DNA from: Octopus sinensis
Taxonomy: Eukaryota
Assembly: GCF_006345805.1 (NCBI RefSeq)
Contig: NC_043011.1
Span: 20,100,464-20,164,463, forward strand
DNA length: 64,000 nt
Direction: 5' to 3'
Shown: positions 25,984-38,956 of the stretch, piece after piece
Layout: each line of letters starts with the position of its first letter
Numbering within the stretch: the first letter of the stretch is position 1
Notes under the pieces: generated by a model
Told to the model about the DNA's origin: nothing
What the model saw: the letters and a program-made list of their open reading frames with translations, nothing else
The model's database searches: none
Program-made: the position numbers and the translations under genes

Positions 25984-27741
25984 AATCCTACCCATTTGGT
26001 CGGTTGTGTTTTTTTCGGCTGCTGAAAATTCGGTAAAAAAAAACAAAAAGCGTTGTTGTTGTTGTGGAAATTCTGAACGGCGTTGATGCGGTTTCGCGTT
26101 TCGCTCGTTCTGCGCGCTACACTTTTTCTGTTTTGGCGGCCGTTTTCGGTCTGTCAGACAGAAGGAAATGGACTATGAGTCTCTAACAGACTTGTCCACG
26201 ACAGATCAGGAACTGGAACAGGCAATTACAATGAAGCTGATGGAAGAAAAGGCTGGAGTTTTCGAGTCTTTATCAGACTTGTCTACGTCTGAGAAGGAGC
26301 TAGAAATGGCAGCGAGGAAATTGGACGAGAAGCTGGGTTATACCTATGCCGGTTTAACCAAGAAGGCGGAAGAGAAAGGGGTCGACTTGGCCAAGCTACC
26401 AAGTTACCAGAAATACATGAAAAAGGAAAGCGGTGAGGTGGAACTATCACCGACACCCAGGAGAAAAGAATGGTATGATAAGAGGACCATTATTTACAGG
26501 CTGTTCGCAAACGAAAGGAAGAGGGTAGAAGTTGTAACCATGGAGTGGATAGAGGAGGCCCTGAGAAGAACTGAGGAGGAAATTAATTTTCTGACTCGAG
26601 GATCCAAGTACGGTACCGTAGTTGTGCATTTTAAAAGTGAGTCTGCAGCGAGGAAGATGGCGGCGAAGGCGGTGAAGTCAGAAAAGGTAACACTTTTACC
26701 TACGTATTTAAACAGAAGGTTTACACGAATAAGGGTGGAGGGAGTGCCACCAAACGTGGAGGCAGAGTGGATTGTGGCGGCTGTGATCAGCGGCCACGAG
26801 GATGAAGTGGATATTCTCCATGCCTCGGTTAAGTCCGAGGGCTGGAGAGGCGTAACAGTGGAGCTGAACGTGCAGGCGGAGAACGAGGTACTGGTGGACC
26901 TGGCGGAAAGCATCAGATTGGGAGACGTGATCATGAGAGTGTGGATGGAGGGCAGAGCTCCACGTTGTTACAAGTGTGGCCTGAGGGGTCACATAAGAGC
27001 CTTCTGCCCTCCCCCAGGGAAAGAAATGGATTCCGAACCACACAGAGAGAAGCAGAAACCAGAGGAGAAGGAGACAGTAGAAGAGGAAGAGAATGCACAG
27101 AAATGGAAGGAAGCTGGAAATAAGAGGAAGAGAAGAATACGTGGAAAAGAAAATAATATGGAACACCAATCTACCCCAAAACCACCCACACCCTCTGAGT
27201 CCCACCCTATCCATGCAGACATTGAACCCACCCGCTCCCCCCCAACAAGAAAACAAAAGAAAAAAAATAATACACACACACAAGAGATTGAATTCGATAT
27301 CAGGCCGTACATTTGTACTATGACTGAACAGAAAGAAGTTAAAAGTCTAATGGAAGAGTATAAATGGTACGAAGTGGTGAGACTCGGTATGCTGTGATTG
27401 AAAAGAAGAACATAGATGAGTTTATGGTGAGGTGTGAAAGGGAGAATTGGGAGGTGAAGGATATAAGAATGAGCGATGAATTCGTGGAAAATATGGATGA
27501 GTATTTCGGAGTAAGAATGGATATGGAATTTATTCGTATTGGCAAAGAACATTCAAGTGACGATGAAAAACAAAGGACAGGTAAGTGATGCTGACGGACG
27601 GGGCCGTTGGTATCGCTTTCATACTATCATTTTCTTTCACTTAACAATTCATTTTTCATAAATTTTAATTATAATGTTCTATGTCCCCATGTCTTTTGGT
27701 GTCCCCCTCTGTGTCGCCCCCTGGTGGGTTATAAAGAATCA
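25984..27741 (+). mobile_element. ORF1-only retroelement, tandem unit 2
   Basis: Near-identical to unit 1; ORF 26168-27588 with a 1-bp deletion at ~27375 (GAAGTGGT vs GAAGTTGGT). Confidence 0.8.
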
Positions 27742-29714
27742 AATCCTACCCATTTGGTCGGTTGTGTTTTTTTTCGGCTCCTGAAAATTCGGTAAAAAAG
27801 AACAAAGAGCGTTGTTGTTGTTGTGGAAATTCTGAACGGCGTTGATGCGGTTTCGCGTTTCGCTCGTTCTGCGCGCTACACTTTTTCTGTTTTGGCGGCC
27901 GTTTTCGGTCTGTCAGACAGAAGGAAATGGACTATGAGTCTCTAACAGACTTGTACACGACAGATGAGGAACTGGAACAGGCAATTACAATGAAGCTGAT
28001 GGAAGAAAAGGCTGGAGTTTTCGAGTCTTTATCAGACTTGTCTACATCTGAGAAGGAGCTAGAAATGGCAGCGAGGAAATTGGAAGAGAAGCTGGGTTAT
28101 ACCTATGCCGGTGTAACCAAGAAGGCGGAAGAGAAAGGGGTCGACATGGCCAAGTTGCCAAGTTACCAGAAATACATGAAAAAGGAAAGCGGTGAGGTGG
28201 AACTGGCACCGACACCCAGGAGAAAAGAATGGTATGATAAGAGGACCATTATTTACAGGGTGTTCGCAAACGAAAGGAAGAGGGTAGAAGTTGTAACCAT
28301 GGAGTGGGTAGAGGAAGCCCTGAGAAGAACTGAGGAGGAAATTAATTTTCTGACTCGAGGATCCAAGTACGGTACCGTAGTTGTGCATTTTAAAAGTGAG
28401 TCTGCAGCGAGGAAGATGGCGGCGAAGGCGGTGAAGTCAGAAAAGGTATGATAGGAGGACCATTATTTACAGGGTGTTCGCAAACGAAAGGAAGAGGGTA
28501 GAAGTTGTAACCATGGAGTGGATAGAGGAAGCCCTGAGAGGAACTGAGGAGGAAATTAATTTTCTGACTCGAGTATCCAAGTATGGTACCGTAGTTGTAC
28601 ATTTTAAAAGTGAGACTGCAGCGAGGAAGAGTCCGGCGAAGGCGGTGAAGTCAGAAAAGGTAACACTTTTACCTACGTATTTAAACAGAAGGATTACACG
28701 AATAAGGGTGGAGGGAGTGCCACCAAACGTGGAGGCAGAGTGGATTGTGGCGGCTGTGATCAGCGGCCACGAGGAGGAAGTGGATATTCTCCATGCCTCG
28801 GTTAAGTCCGAGGGCTGGAGAGGCGTAACAGTGGAGCTGAACGTGCAGGCGGAGAACGAAGTACTGGTGGACCTGGCGGAAAGCATCAGATTGGGAGACG
28901 TGATCATGAGAGTGTGGGTGGAGGGCAGAGCTCCACGTTGTTACAAGTGTGGCCTGAGGGGTCACATAAGAGCCTTCTGCCCTCCCCCAGGGAAAGAAAT
29001 GGATTCCGAACCACACAGAGAGAAGCAGAAACCAGAGGAGAAGGAGACAGTAGAAGAGGAAGAGAATACACAGAAATGGAAGGAAGCTGGAAATAAGAGG
29101 AAGAGAAGAATACGTGGAAAAGAAAATAATATGGAACACCAATCCACCCCAAAACCACCCACACCCTCTGAGTCCCACCCTATCCATGCAGACAGTGAAC
29201 CCACCCGCTCCCCCCCAACAAGAAAACAAAAGAAAAAAAATAATACACACACACAAGAGATTGAATTCGATATCAGGCCGTACATATGTACAATGACTGA
29301 ACAGAAAGAAGTTAAAAGTCTAATGGAAGAGTATAAATGGTATGAAGTTGGTGAGACTCGGTATGCTGTGATTGAAAAGAAGAACATAGATGAGTTTATG
29401 GTGAGGTGTGAAAGGGAGAATTGGGAGGTGAAAGATATAAGAATGAGCGATGAATTCGTGGAAAATATGGATGAGTATTTCGGAGTAAGAATGGATATGG
29501 AATTTATTCGTATTGGCAAAGAACATTCAAGTGACAATGAAAAACAAAGGACAGGTAAGTGATGCTAACGGATGGGGCCGTTGGTATCGCTTTCATACTA
29601 TCATTTTCTTTCACTTAACAATTCATTTTTCATAAATTTTAATTATAATGTTCTATGTCCCCATGTCTTTTGGTGTCCCCCTCTGTGTCGCCCCTAGTGA
29701 GTAATAAAGAATCA
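27742..29714 (+). mobile_element. ORF1-only retroelement, tandem unit 3
   Basis: Near-identical to units 1 and 2; ORF 27927-29562 interrupted by a 214-bp internal tandem duplication (28231-28444 repeated at 28445-28658). Confidence 0.8.
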
Positions 29715-30266
29715 CCACAGAAATACTCCCACTGATATCGCATATAAAAAAAAAGGTATATATAATATGAAACATCTATGTTATAATGGAGAAAACTGCC
29801 TATTAATTAGGTATGTAACAGTTAGTAAAAGATTAAAAGAAAGCAATTATTAAACGTTTGACCGCCTGGACATTTTTATACATTATAATCTTTTTTTTTT
29901 TAATTCATGTTCCCAGAAATTTCCTGTTATTTCGATTTCTGAACTTTATTGAATGTTTGAACTAGAAGTTTTTCACTAACTTAAATATTCGTTGCATTCT
30001 CTGCGGAGTAGTTTTAATAAAACATATTAGCTCTAGCCTCTATGTTCATTCATGATAATTTAATATATATTAATTTCAATGTTTTCCTTTCAACTTTTAA
30101 TTCGCTATTTGCAAAATCCACAGTTTATTCTATATACATAATGTAAAAAAAGAATTCTTTATTCAGTGAATGAACGCTATTAGACAAAAGAGCTGTAACT
30201 TTGAGGTTTCCATGATATAGTATGCCGGTATAATTTAAAACACAAAGATTAAGAAGTGTTTTTGTT

Positions 30267-30815
30267 CGTATGGCTGTTTGGAACGCTATAAGCCTTACAA
30301 TAATAAATATGTGATCACTGCTATTTCTAGCACGCTAAACGTGGTAGGGCTACCTTGACGTTTCTTTAAATTACAGATATATTACAATTACGATAACTTA
30401 CTGAAAGAATTAATTTATTTACTAAGCAAGTGAGATTTTTTATAAATCGAAATTTTCAGGAAAATTTACCCCACCCTCCATATTCAACAGTCACGCTCTA
30501 GGTGACCGTCGCACCCCAAGGGGGTCTAGACTACTATGTAGGGTTGTCGCTGATCGGAAGAGGTGACCGTCTGGAAGGGATGTTCTCGTCGCTCCTTTCT
30601 GCAAACGGGTAGCCCCCACGTATGGCTGTTTGGAACGCTATAATCCTTAAAATAATAAATATGTGATCACTGCTATTTCTAGCACGTTAAACGTGGTAGA
30701 GCTACCTTGGCGTTTCTTTAAATTACAGATATATTATAATTACGATAACTTACTGAAAGAATCATTTACTAAGCAAGTGAGATTTTTTATAAATCGAAAT
30801 TTTCAAGAAAATTTA
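30267..30815. repeat. ~200-bp direct repeat pair flanking a 150-bp GC-rich insert
   Basis: 30267-30468 and 30619-30815 both run CGTATGGCTGTTTGGAACGC...GAAAATTTA. Confidence 0.9.
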
Positions 30816-30999
30816 TTTTCTGAATTTCCTTTTATTATTGAATATTTCAAGTTCACAAATTTAGATATTCGGTACAAGATAGTTTGGCAGTCTTTCACTT
30901 GAACCCGCACACTTCATTAATTTTCGTAAAAAAAAAATTATTTATTTACTTTTTGCACGCCGTGTTCACCTCTATGTACTTGTAGTCAGTCACCTACGC

Positions 31000-31771
31000 A
31001 CATGTGTGTTTTTGTATATACGTTTGTATATATTTATTTATGTGTGTGTGTTTGTGTGTATGTGGGAGAGAGAGAGAGAGATTGAAGGGGTGTGTTTTCA
31101 TGTATACGTACATACATAAATACATATGCATACATATTTTTCGTATGTATTTGTGCACGTGTGTTTGTGTGTATAAGACACAGAGAGAGACAGTGATATC
31201 TAAATGGCACTCATTCGCTCTCACTCTCACACAAACACACACACACACACACTCACACACACAAACACACACACACACACACACGTACATTTCATATATA
31301 TATGTATGTATATATATATATATGTATATATATATTATGTATGTATATATATATATGTATTATATATATATGTATGTATATATATATAGTATGTATATAT
31401 ATATAGTATGTATATATATATATGTATGTATATATATATATGTATGTATATATATATATGTATGTATATATATATGTATGTATATATATATATGTATGTA
31501 TATAATATATATGTATATATGTATGTATATATATATATGTATGTATATATATATATGTATAATATGTATATATATATATATATGTATGTATATATATATG
31601 TATGTATATATATATATTAATATATATATATGTATGTATATATATATGTATGTATATATATATATGTATGTATATATATATATGTATGTATATATATATA
31701 TATGTATGTATATATATATAGTATATATATATATATATGTATTATATATATATGTATATATATATATAATG

Positions 31772-31820
<49 letters not shown>

Positions 31821-31904
31821 TATATATGTATATATATATATGTATATGTATGTATATATATATATGTATGTATATATATATGTATATATATATATATGTA
31901 TATA

Positions 31905-31945
<41 letters not shown>
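31000..31945. repeat. Large compound (TG)/(AG)/(AC)/(TA)/(TATG) microsatellite
   Basis: Direct reading; source of the 323-aa YI/CM ORF. Confidence 0.95.
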
Positions 31946-33079
31946 TCAAAATCACTACGTTCATTATTCTATTAGGAGATAGCAAAATATGAGTAAAAGA
32001 TCAACACACATACAAACCACTTGTGACATGCGCTGTGAAAAGAGTTTGAATTTTAAAGCATCTACCGTTTCTAAACTGAGATATTTTATTGGAGCTGAAA
32101 CGAGCTTTTCATTGCCAATCTTCATACGAAGATGGATGAAGAAGCAGCCTCCAATAAACTCAAGAAATTATATGTGTTTGTGTGCGTTTGTGTGTGCGTA
32201 TGTGTGTGCATTTGTGTGTGCCCTGGTGTGCGCGTGTCTGTGTTCGTGTGTGTGTGTGCTTGTGTGTTGGGTCGTAGTGATTGTATGCAACTAGCTTGTA
32301 CCTAACAAAATGTCCATCGTAACTGTGGTAATATAGGCACAGTGAGAACAACATGCATGTTGGACAATGGTTGTAGTGAGTGAAGTTGAAGGTATTTCCT
32401 TTTGAGTCTCATAGCGATAAACAGAAGCCGTATTTATGTCATGTTTCTGTTGCTATGAGGCTATTTCTGATAGACTCACAGACATATTCCAATGATCACA
32501 AAAATTTTCTGGTGATCAAACATATTCCAAACATTACAATCTTACAGAACAGAACCAGATTATCTAATGTCTCCTGTCTTTTTAAGACATAAAATCTGAT
32601 ATGATAGCATTTTGCTGATATTTCTAGCATGTCCAGTGACTGCATAGATGTTCCCTTACACTCTCAGATATGAAATTATTCTACCTCGGACGGCTATTCA
32701 AGGAAAGAAATTCAACTTAGCGCAGCAAATCTTGACCATTGAGCAGAGAATGCAACTAGGTAAACTGAAATTGTTGAAAGGTTAAAACATTAATGGCGAT
32801 TCACCTTGCTTGAGTTAGTAGCCATCAGAATGTTACACTTGAGAGACGCATCAGCTAATTCTGTCACATAATCAAAATAAATATTTGATGCACTACGAAA
32901 TAAAACGATAATGAACCAAATCTTGAAGGCAACATTTCACTACAGACATGATCAATATTTGAATGTATTTTACAATACTAACTTTTATAATCTTTAGCAT
33001 TTGAGGAAAATTGTGTTCCTCTGTAGCTTTCTGTGTGAATGTATTTCAATCACAATACACTTTTCATATCTTATTAAAT

Positions 33080-33225
33080 CAGCGAGATGGCAGAATCGTT
33101 AGTGCGTCGAATAAAATGCTTAGTGGCATGACTTTCGGTAACATCAACATCAGCAGAATACTGATGTCGATATAATCGACTACCCCCTCAACCAAATTTT
33201 TACGCATTATGCTTATGCTAGAAAA
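33080..33225 (+). mobile_element. SINE family A, internally deleted
   Basis: GCGAGATGGCAGAATCGTTAG head joined to GTCGATATAATCGACTACCCC tail. Confidence 0.6.
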
Positions 33226-33299
33226 TATTATTATTTATTTTTTAACATAGCTTTTGGTGGTGCTCATGGAATCTTGCATGAGTTGCGGCCTTGCTACCT

Positions 33300-33760
33300 G
33301 CAGCCTATCGCACCACGCTACCTGTTCTTTTCAATTATCTAATACTTTCCTGATGATTCTGGACGTACAATGCTGGCAAAACTTTTGTAACAGCTCTACT
33401 GAGCACTTTATTCCTATTTTCTTTATATTCCTCTTGACGACTTCTGATACTGTCCCCAAGGACCCAACAGTAATTGGCACCATTATCATCTTCATTTTCC
33501 ATAGTCAAGCTAACTTCTATTTAAGAGGATTGCTTATGTTTATCTTTCCACCGCCCTTTCTGATTATTCGTGGATCAAAGAGGCACGCACCAACAGTTAT
33601 AGAGTATATGTGATACGCCTTGTCCACCATCACTAGGACCTGCTTGTTGTGCACAAACAACTGGTCTGTTTGGACTGGGAAATTCCACAGGATTTTGCAC
33701 ATCTCCAACTCAACCATATTCTGTGTTTTGTGGTAATACCCTTTCTTTAGTCGCCACTAT
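33300..33760 (-). mobile_element. R4/Dong-type LINE endonuclease-region fragment
   Basis: Minus strand KILWNFPVQTDQ..VHNK..LVMVDK and VPITVGSLG, matching TILWDFPVNTD and VPVIVGALG of the element at 50 kb. Confidence 0.6.
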
Positions 33761-33967
33761 TATATTCTCAACGTAGCACTTTCGCTACGACATCATATCG
33801 AAAAAATTTATGATGGTTTTGAGGAAGCGTAGCGCATTTGTTCACGGTATAAGCAATGGTTTCTTCAACTGTATTACAGATTCAGCACAGTGAAGATACT
33901 TGCTCATTCCTAATATTGACCCTCCAATTCGTGGCCAAATCTTTTGCACTGCAGTATAGTGCTCATT

Positions 33968-33968
33968 T

Positions 33969-34062
<94 letters not shown>

Positions 34063-34101
34063 GTTGTTGTTGTTGTTGTCGTTGTTGTCGTTGTTGTTGT
34101 T

Positions 34102-34149
<48 letters not shown>

Positions 34150-34175
34150 GTCGTCGTTGTCGTTGTTGTTGTTGA
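33968..34175. repeat. (GTT)n grading into (GTC)n microsatellite
   Basis: Direct reading. Confidence 0.95.
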
Positions 34176-34181
34176 GGAGGA

Positions 34182-34385
34182 GGCAGTGAACTGGCAGAAG
34201 CGTTAGCCCGCCGAACAAAATTCTTAGCGGCATTTCATCCATCCTTACGTTCTCAGTTCAAATTCCGCCGAGTCTTTCATCCTTTCGAGGTCGATAAAAT
34301 AAAAACCAGCTGATCACTAGGGTCGATGTAATTAACTTAACCTCTAGCCCAAACTTGCTAGTCTTGAGCCAAAATTTGAAACCAT
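34182..34385 (+). mobile_element. SINE family A, tail type 1
   Basis: GGCAGTGAACTGGCAGAAGCGTTAGC head, B box, core, tail GAGCCAAAATTTGAAACC. Confidence 0.8.
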
Positions 34386-35224
34386 AATTATTGTGGCTCT
34401 TGTTGTCGTCGTCGTAATTATTATTATTATTATTATTATTATTATTTTATTTTTTTTATATATTTATTTATTTATTCATTTATTTATTAGAGCGGCGAGT
34501 TAGCAGAATCTTTAACTCGCCGGGCAAAATGGTTTCTTAGGAAAAAGATTACTATTTTTGTTCTTCTTGCAATTCCTTGCTTAATATATATCGCATTGAA
34601 ATAGGTCGCCTGAATAATGCTATAGAAAATTGTTAAAACAAACTGGTAAAAAATTTTTTTTATAATTTTATTTTAATTTATTAAATTTTACAAGCACTTT
34701 TCGATTATTAGCTAGATCATTAGTTTCGGCTAGATGGCAAATTGGACATAGAAGCAATGAATCAAGATACAAATCGGTTATATGTGTTCGCCTTAGATAT
34801 AATAAATGTATCTAGGATTACACTACTTCTTACTTATGTAACATTTAGGATTGTGTGAAAAGTATGAAAAGGGAGATAGTGTGATGTTTGTGCTTTTCTT
34901 GCATATATTTTCAATGGTTATGGGATGGGATGATTTCGTCCTTCATTGTTCTGATTCATCATCATTTTTCTCATTTCAGAGTAGATCGAATCTATTAATA
35001 GATTTCAACGTCACCTCTTGATTCACTGTGGTTTCCTAATTCATTTGCAAATTTTGCATTAAAAAATTAATACTTAGGTCTGTGTGAAGATTATTCAAAT
35101 TTAAATTATAAATGCAACAAATTTACCAATTAACCAGTAATAATAAAAGCTGTGTTTGAGGATAAAAAGTAATATATTAGCAATTGAAGAATTATAGAGC
35201 ATTATGCACAAGCAAGAAATTTCT

Positions 35225-35370
35225 TGGTTTCAAATTTTGACACATGGACAGCAATTTCAAAGGAGGAAAGGCAAAAATCAATCTCTGTGGAATTTGAACT
35301 CAGAAAGTAGAGACGGATGAAATGCCGCAAAGCATTTTTGCCGGCGTGCAAATACTTCTGCCACGCCTTG
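35225..35370 (-). mobile_element. SINE family A, deleted, tail type 1
   Basis: Reverse complement of head/B box and of the GGTTTCAAATTTTGACAC tail. Confidence 0.7.
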
Positions 35371-36190
35371 CAGACTAGAAATATATTACTACTGTATATA
35401 ACCTGTATTATAACGGGGTGGGTAAAACGGTTAAGTGCCGGATTAATTTCTTTCAGATATTTAGCCATGCCTTCTTATGTTGTAGGTTAAAATCCGGTTT
35501 TGGTCACATGCTCTATTTACATCACGAAAGATCTCTACCAGTCTCAAATTTTCCTTACATACCTCAACACAATAGCTAGTCAAATATTGGATGAGAAATT
35601 GACAATAATTGGTACTTAGTTTAGGAGTATTAATGTTTAATTTACTTTAGGATGTCGTATTTGCAGAAATGGCCAATTACTGGGCTAAATACATTGCTGT
35701 AATTAGTTACTCATTTTTCATTCGAATGTCAAATCTCGGGCAAGAATAATTTGCTTGAATGGATAAAATAAATACGATTAATCCACTAAACTTGTTCAAC
35801 CGATAATAATAATCCCCCTGTCGAATGCTATGAGAAAGCGGTTTTATAATCTGTTAATGAGCTTTTCTACTTCGTTAAGGGAATTATATACGATCGTAAA
35901 CAAAGAACGAAAGTCCAAGTAAGAGTAATACGTATTTGATTACATCCTTTCTTGACAAAAATAGTGATAGGGTTTAATCGTAAAGTTCCTCGTTATTGAA
36001 CCACGAGTAAATATGTTCATGCAAAGAATTGAGGGCGTATTAGTGCTGTGTGTTAGATAGTTATCAAAGTAATAGCCTTCGTCAAATTTGAGCTGAATGA
36101 TACAAGCTGCTTAAAGACTTTTCAAATTCTTCTACGAGATCCTCCTTTCTTTCCACAACGAATAGTCGATAACGTAAGAATTGTTACGTA

Positions 36191-36411
36191 CGAGTGGGTG
36201 CTGAAAACTTCCTACTTTTAAGGGTATCACGAAAGGCCTGATTATAGGCTCAAACTTCCGAGTTTTTTTACAATGCTTAGAAAAGCTGAAGGGCCGCTGC
36301 AATAGGCGTGTGAACCTGAGAGGGAAATATGTTGAATAAAATCATAATTAACTGATCCTCCAGTATATATTTTTTTTTGCCTAATGCCAAGAACATTTCA
36401 GCACCCCTTCG
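36191..36411. mobile_element. Mariner-type MITE
   Basis: TA|CGAGTGGGTGCTGAAAAC ... CATTTCAGCACCCCTTCG|TA imperfect TIRs with TA duplication. Confidence 0.7.
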
Positions 36412-37374
36412 TACTTGACCCCAGCCAATCCGTTATGCCAGCTTTCCTAATTTCAAAACTATAGAACAGTAGCTCAAAGGTTAGATTATTTCCTTCCCCA
36501 TGAAAAATCCCTTCAGGTGAATTTTCCATGAATGTGAAGTGTATATATTTCTTTTGAAATGCATACATTTACTTCGTAACGCTTTTCCTTCATACTAAGT
36601 TTCCATAAATTGAATTGTCTCATCCAAAAAAAGACTCTTCTGGTATATTTGATCTTGATGCAAAAGGCATGAAAACGATGTTGGCTTTAACTCTCAATAT
36701 CATTGCCATGATACCTGCTTAATTCGTTACACTCACAAATTTAAAATTTTGTGCGGTTGAGAATCGTTCCGTTAGATATGATAATAACAGCTGATATTTC
36801 CAATGTGAAATATATGGGGCATTATAAATGGCAATTTAAAATAGAAATAGAGAAAAAAAATCTCATTAATGTATATAGTCTCGTGCACTGATACCTATCT
36901 TACACAGAAGTTCTCAATTCTTTTACATACTAGAAATCATATAAAAATTATCCATACTCCTCTTCAGAAAATATTTCTCTTTGCGTAGCAAGTAAACTGT
37001 TTAAAAGATTGAGAAAATATGAGTTTTCTGAAACCAAGCAGCTGTCAAATGTCCTTTTATAAACGTATATTTCCACTTAATTTCGGAACGTATCTGCTTA
37101 TTTCCTTATTCATTCAAACTGTCTTTGTTTTGCTCAACCTTATCCGGTAGACCTATTATCAAACGCGTTCTTGCATTAATATCCTCTCTATTTATCTTAA
37201 ATATAACTGGTATAGTGTTTCTAGAACTTAATTAACCTTTATTTGTTAAGATCACTGAAAACATTTTGCAGCTGTATCTAGCAAGTCGGTCAGCAGCATA
37301 GAAACTCGCCCGCTGGATTGTATATGGTATTCGCTGAACATAATATTCGTTCATGATACAGCTGGCTTTAAGTA

Positions 37375-37571
37375 TAGGGTGGGACAGGAGGATGGACGTT
37401 TTTGAAAAATTCACAAACTCATTAATTTTAGTTGCAAACAAATTTTATTGATATCAATGTGTTCGTATTGAATAAGTATTTGTCAAAATGGTACCTGTCG
37501 GACATACTCTCCTCCAACTGGGGTTGAGAAATAGTCATTTCAAAAACGTCCATTCTCTCTGTCCCACCCTG
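37375..37571. mobile_element. Tc1/mariner-type MITE
   Basis: TA|TAGGGTGGGACAGGAGGATGGACGTTTTTGAAA ... TTTCAAAAACGTCCATTCTCTCTGTCCCACCCTG|TA, ~33-bp TIRs. Confidence 0.8.
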
Positions 37572-38080
37572 TATCTTGTTCATAAAAACGTTGTGGTTAT
37601 GGAAAAGGAATCTGGTACCTTGTATATTTTTACCATTATCTATTCATGTTGCTATGAGCTACATAGCTATTGTTCCTGGGGATGGAGTGGTAATGGTGGG
37701 TTTAATATTTAGTAATTTCAAGCTATGAACAAAGACGTTCCAGTTGTGAAAACCATATATTTTAGTGATGTATCCGACTGAAGTTACTGTTATATCAACT
37801 GCAAAGAACGTATATTGAAACTAATTTCTACATAGGCACATACATAGGTAAATTTAAAATTTAATCAGCCTTTGTCTCTGAATATTTCATGAACTATGAC
37901 ATGAAACAAAATTATTTCTCCATTGTCAAATGTTTCCAACAAACATCTTTCTCTAACTTTCTATTTTTCCTAAAATTATATCTTTTTCCATCTTGTAAAA
38001 GATTATGTAATTAATAGAGCCTGAATAATTTCATATCTGAAGTGATTCAGCTAGAACAGAAATAGTGACTTCTACGAACA

Positions 38081-38472
38081 CTTTTATTCTTTTATTCTTT
38101 TACTTCTTACAATAAACTGACTGCATCCATGCTGACACAACGCCTTGAAAGGTTTTAGGCGAAGAAATCTACTACTCCAGGACTTTTTAAGCCTAGTATT
38201 CTATCAATCTCTGTTGCCAAACGGCTAAGTTACGAGGATGTGAGCACACCAAGATCAGTTATCAAACAGCGGTGATGAGACAAAGACAAAGACACACCTA
38301 CACACAGCTAGGCGTATACATATACAATGATCTTTTTCGCCTACACGCAAGGCTTTGGTCCGTCCGAGGCTATAGCAGAATACACTTGCCCAAGAACACC
38401 TGGACTGGATCAGAACCTGAAACCATGTGGATAGGAAGTAAGCCTCTCACCACATAGCCACGTCTGCGCCTA
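38081..38472 (-). mobile_element. SINE family B, old diverged copy
   Basis: Reverse complement of head (ACCACATAGCCAC) and tail (TTTTATTCTTTTAC...GACTGC..CCATGCTG). Confidence 0.7.
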
Positions 38473-38524
38473 TACAATATCAAGATTATAAAAGACATTA
38501 TCATTCACACAAGAGAATCAAGTA

Positions 38525-38569
<45 letters not shown>

Positions 38570-38764
38570 TTATTATATGTTCTAACTCACTCAACATTTA
38601 ATAGAGAAAGAATACTGTTGATTCTTGGTAAGGTGGTTCGCTCCTTTGTTCTAAGAAGACACAGTTAATAACTAGATATATGTATGTTTATGTATATCTG
38701 CTTGTCTTTGTATGTATACACACACACACACACACACACAAACACATAAGCACACGCACACAAT

Positions 38765-38822
<58 letters not shown>

Positions 38823-38918
38823 TTGAGTATATTGTGTACGATTCCTTTTAGCTGAAACTGTCAGTCTTCGGCACATATGGGTATGTCTGTATGAATGAAC
38901 GTATGTGTATATATATAA

Positions 38919-38956
<38 letters not shown>

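Noticed and set aside
24737-29537. Minus-strand ORFs of 146-278 aa in the array
   Set aside because: Antisense shadows of the purine-rich plus-strand ORF; no motifs.
24234-29714. Array as a tandem host gene family, LTR element or CRISPR-like array
   Set aside because: No introns or LTRs, units have no variable spacers, the protein has LINE ORF1 features, and all copies are broken.
31004-31992. 323-aa and neighbouring ORFs
   Set aside because: Translations of TA/TATG microsatellite (YI/CM repeats).
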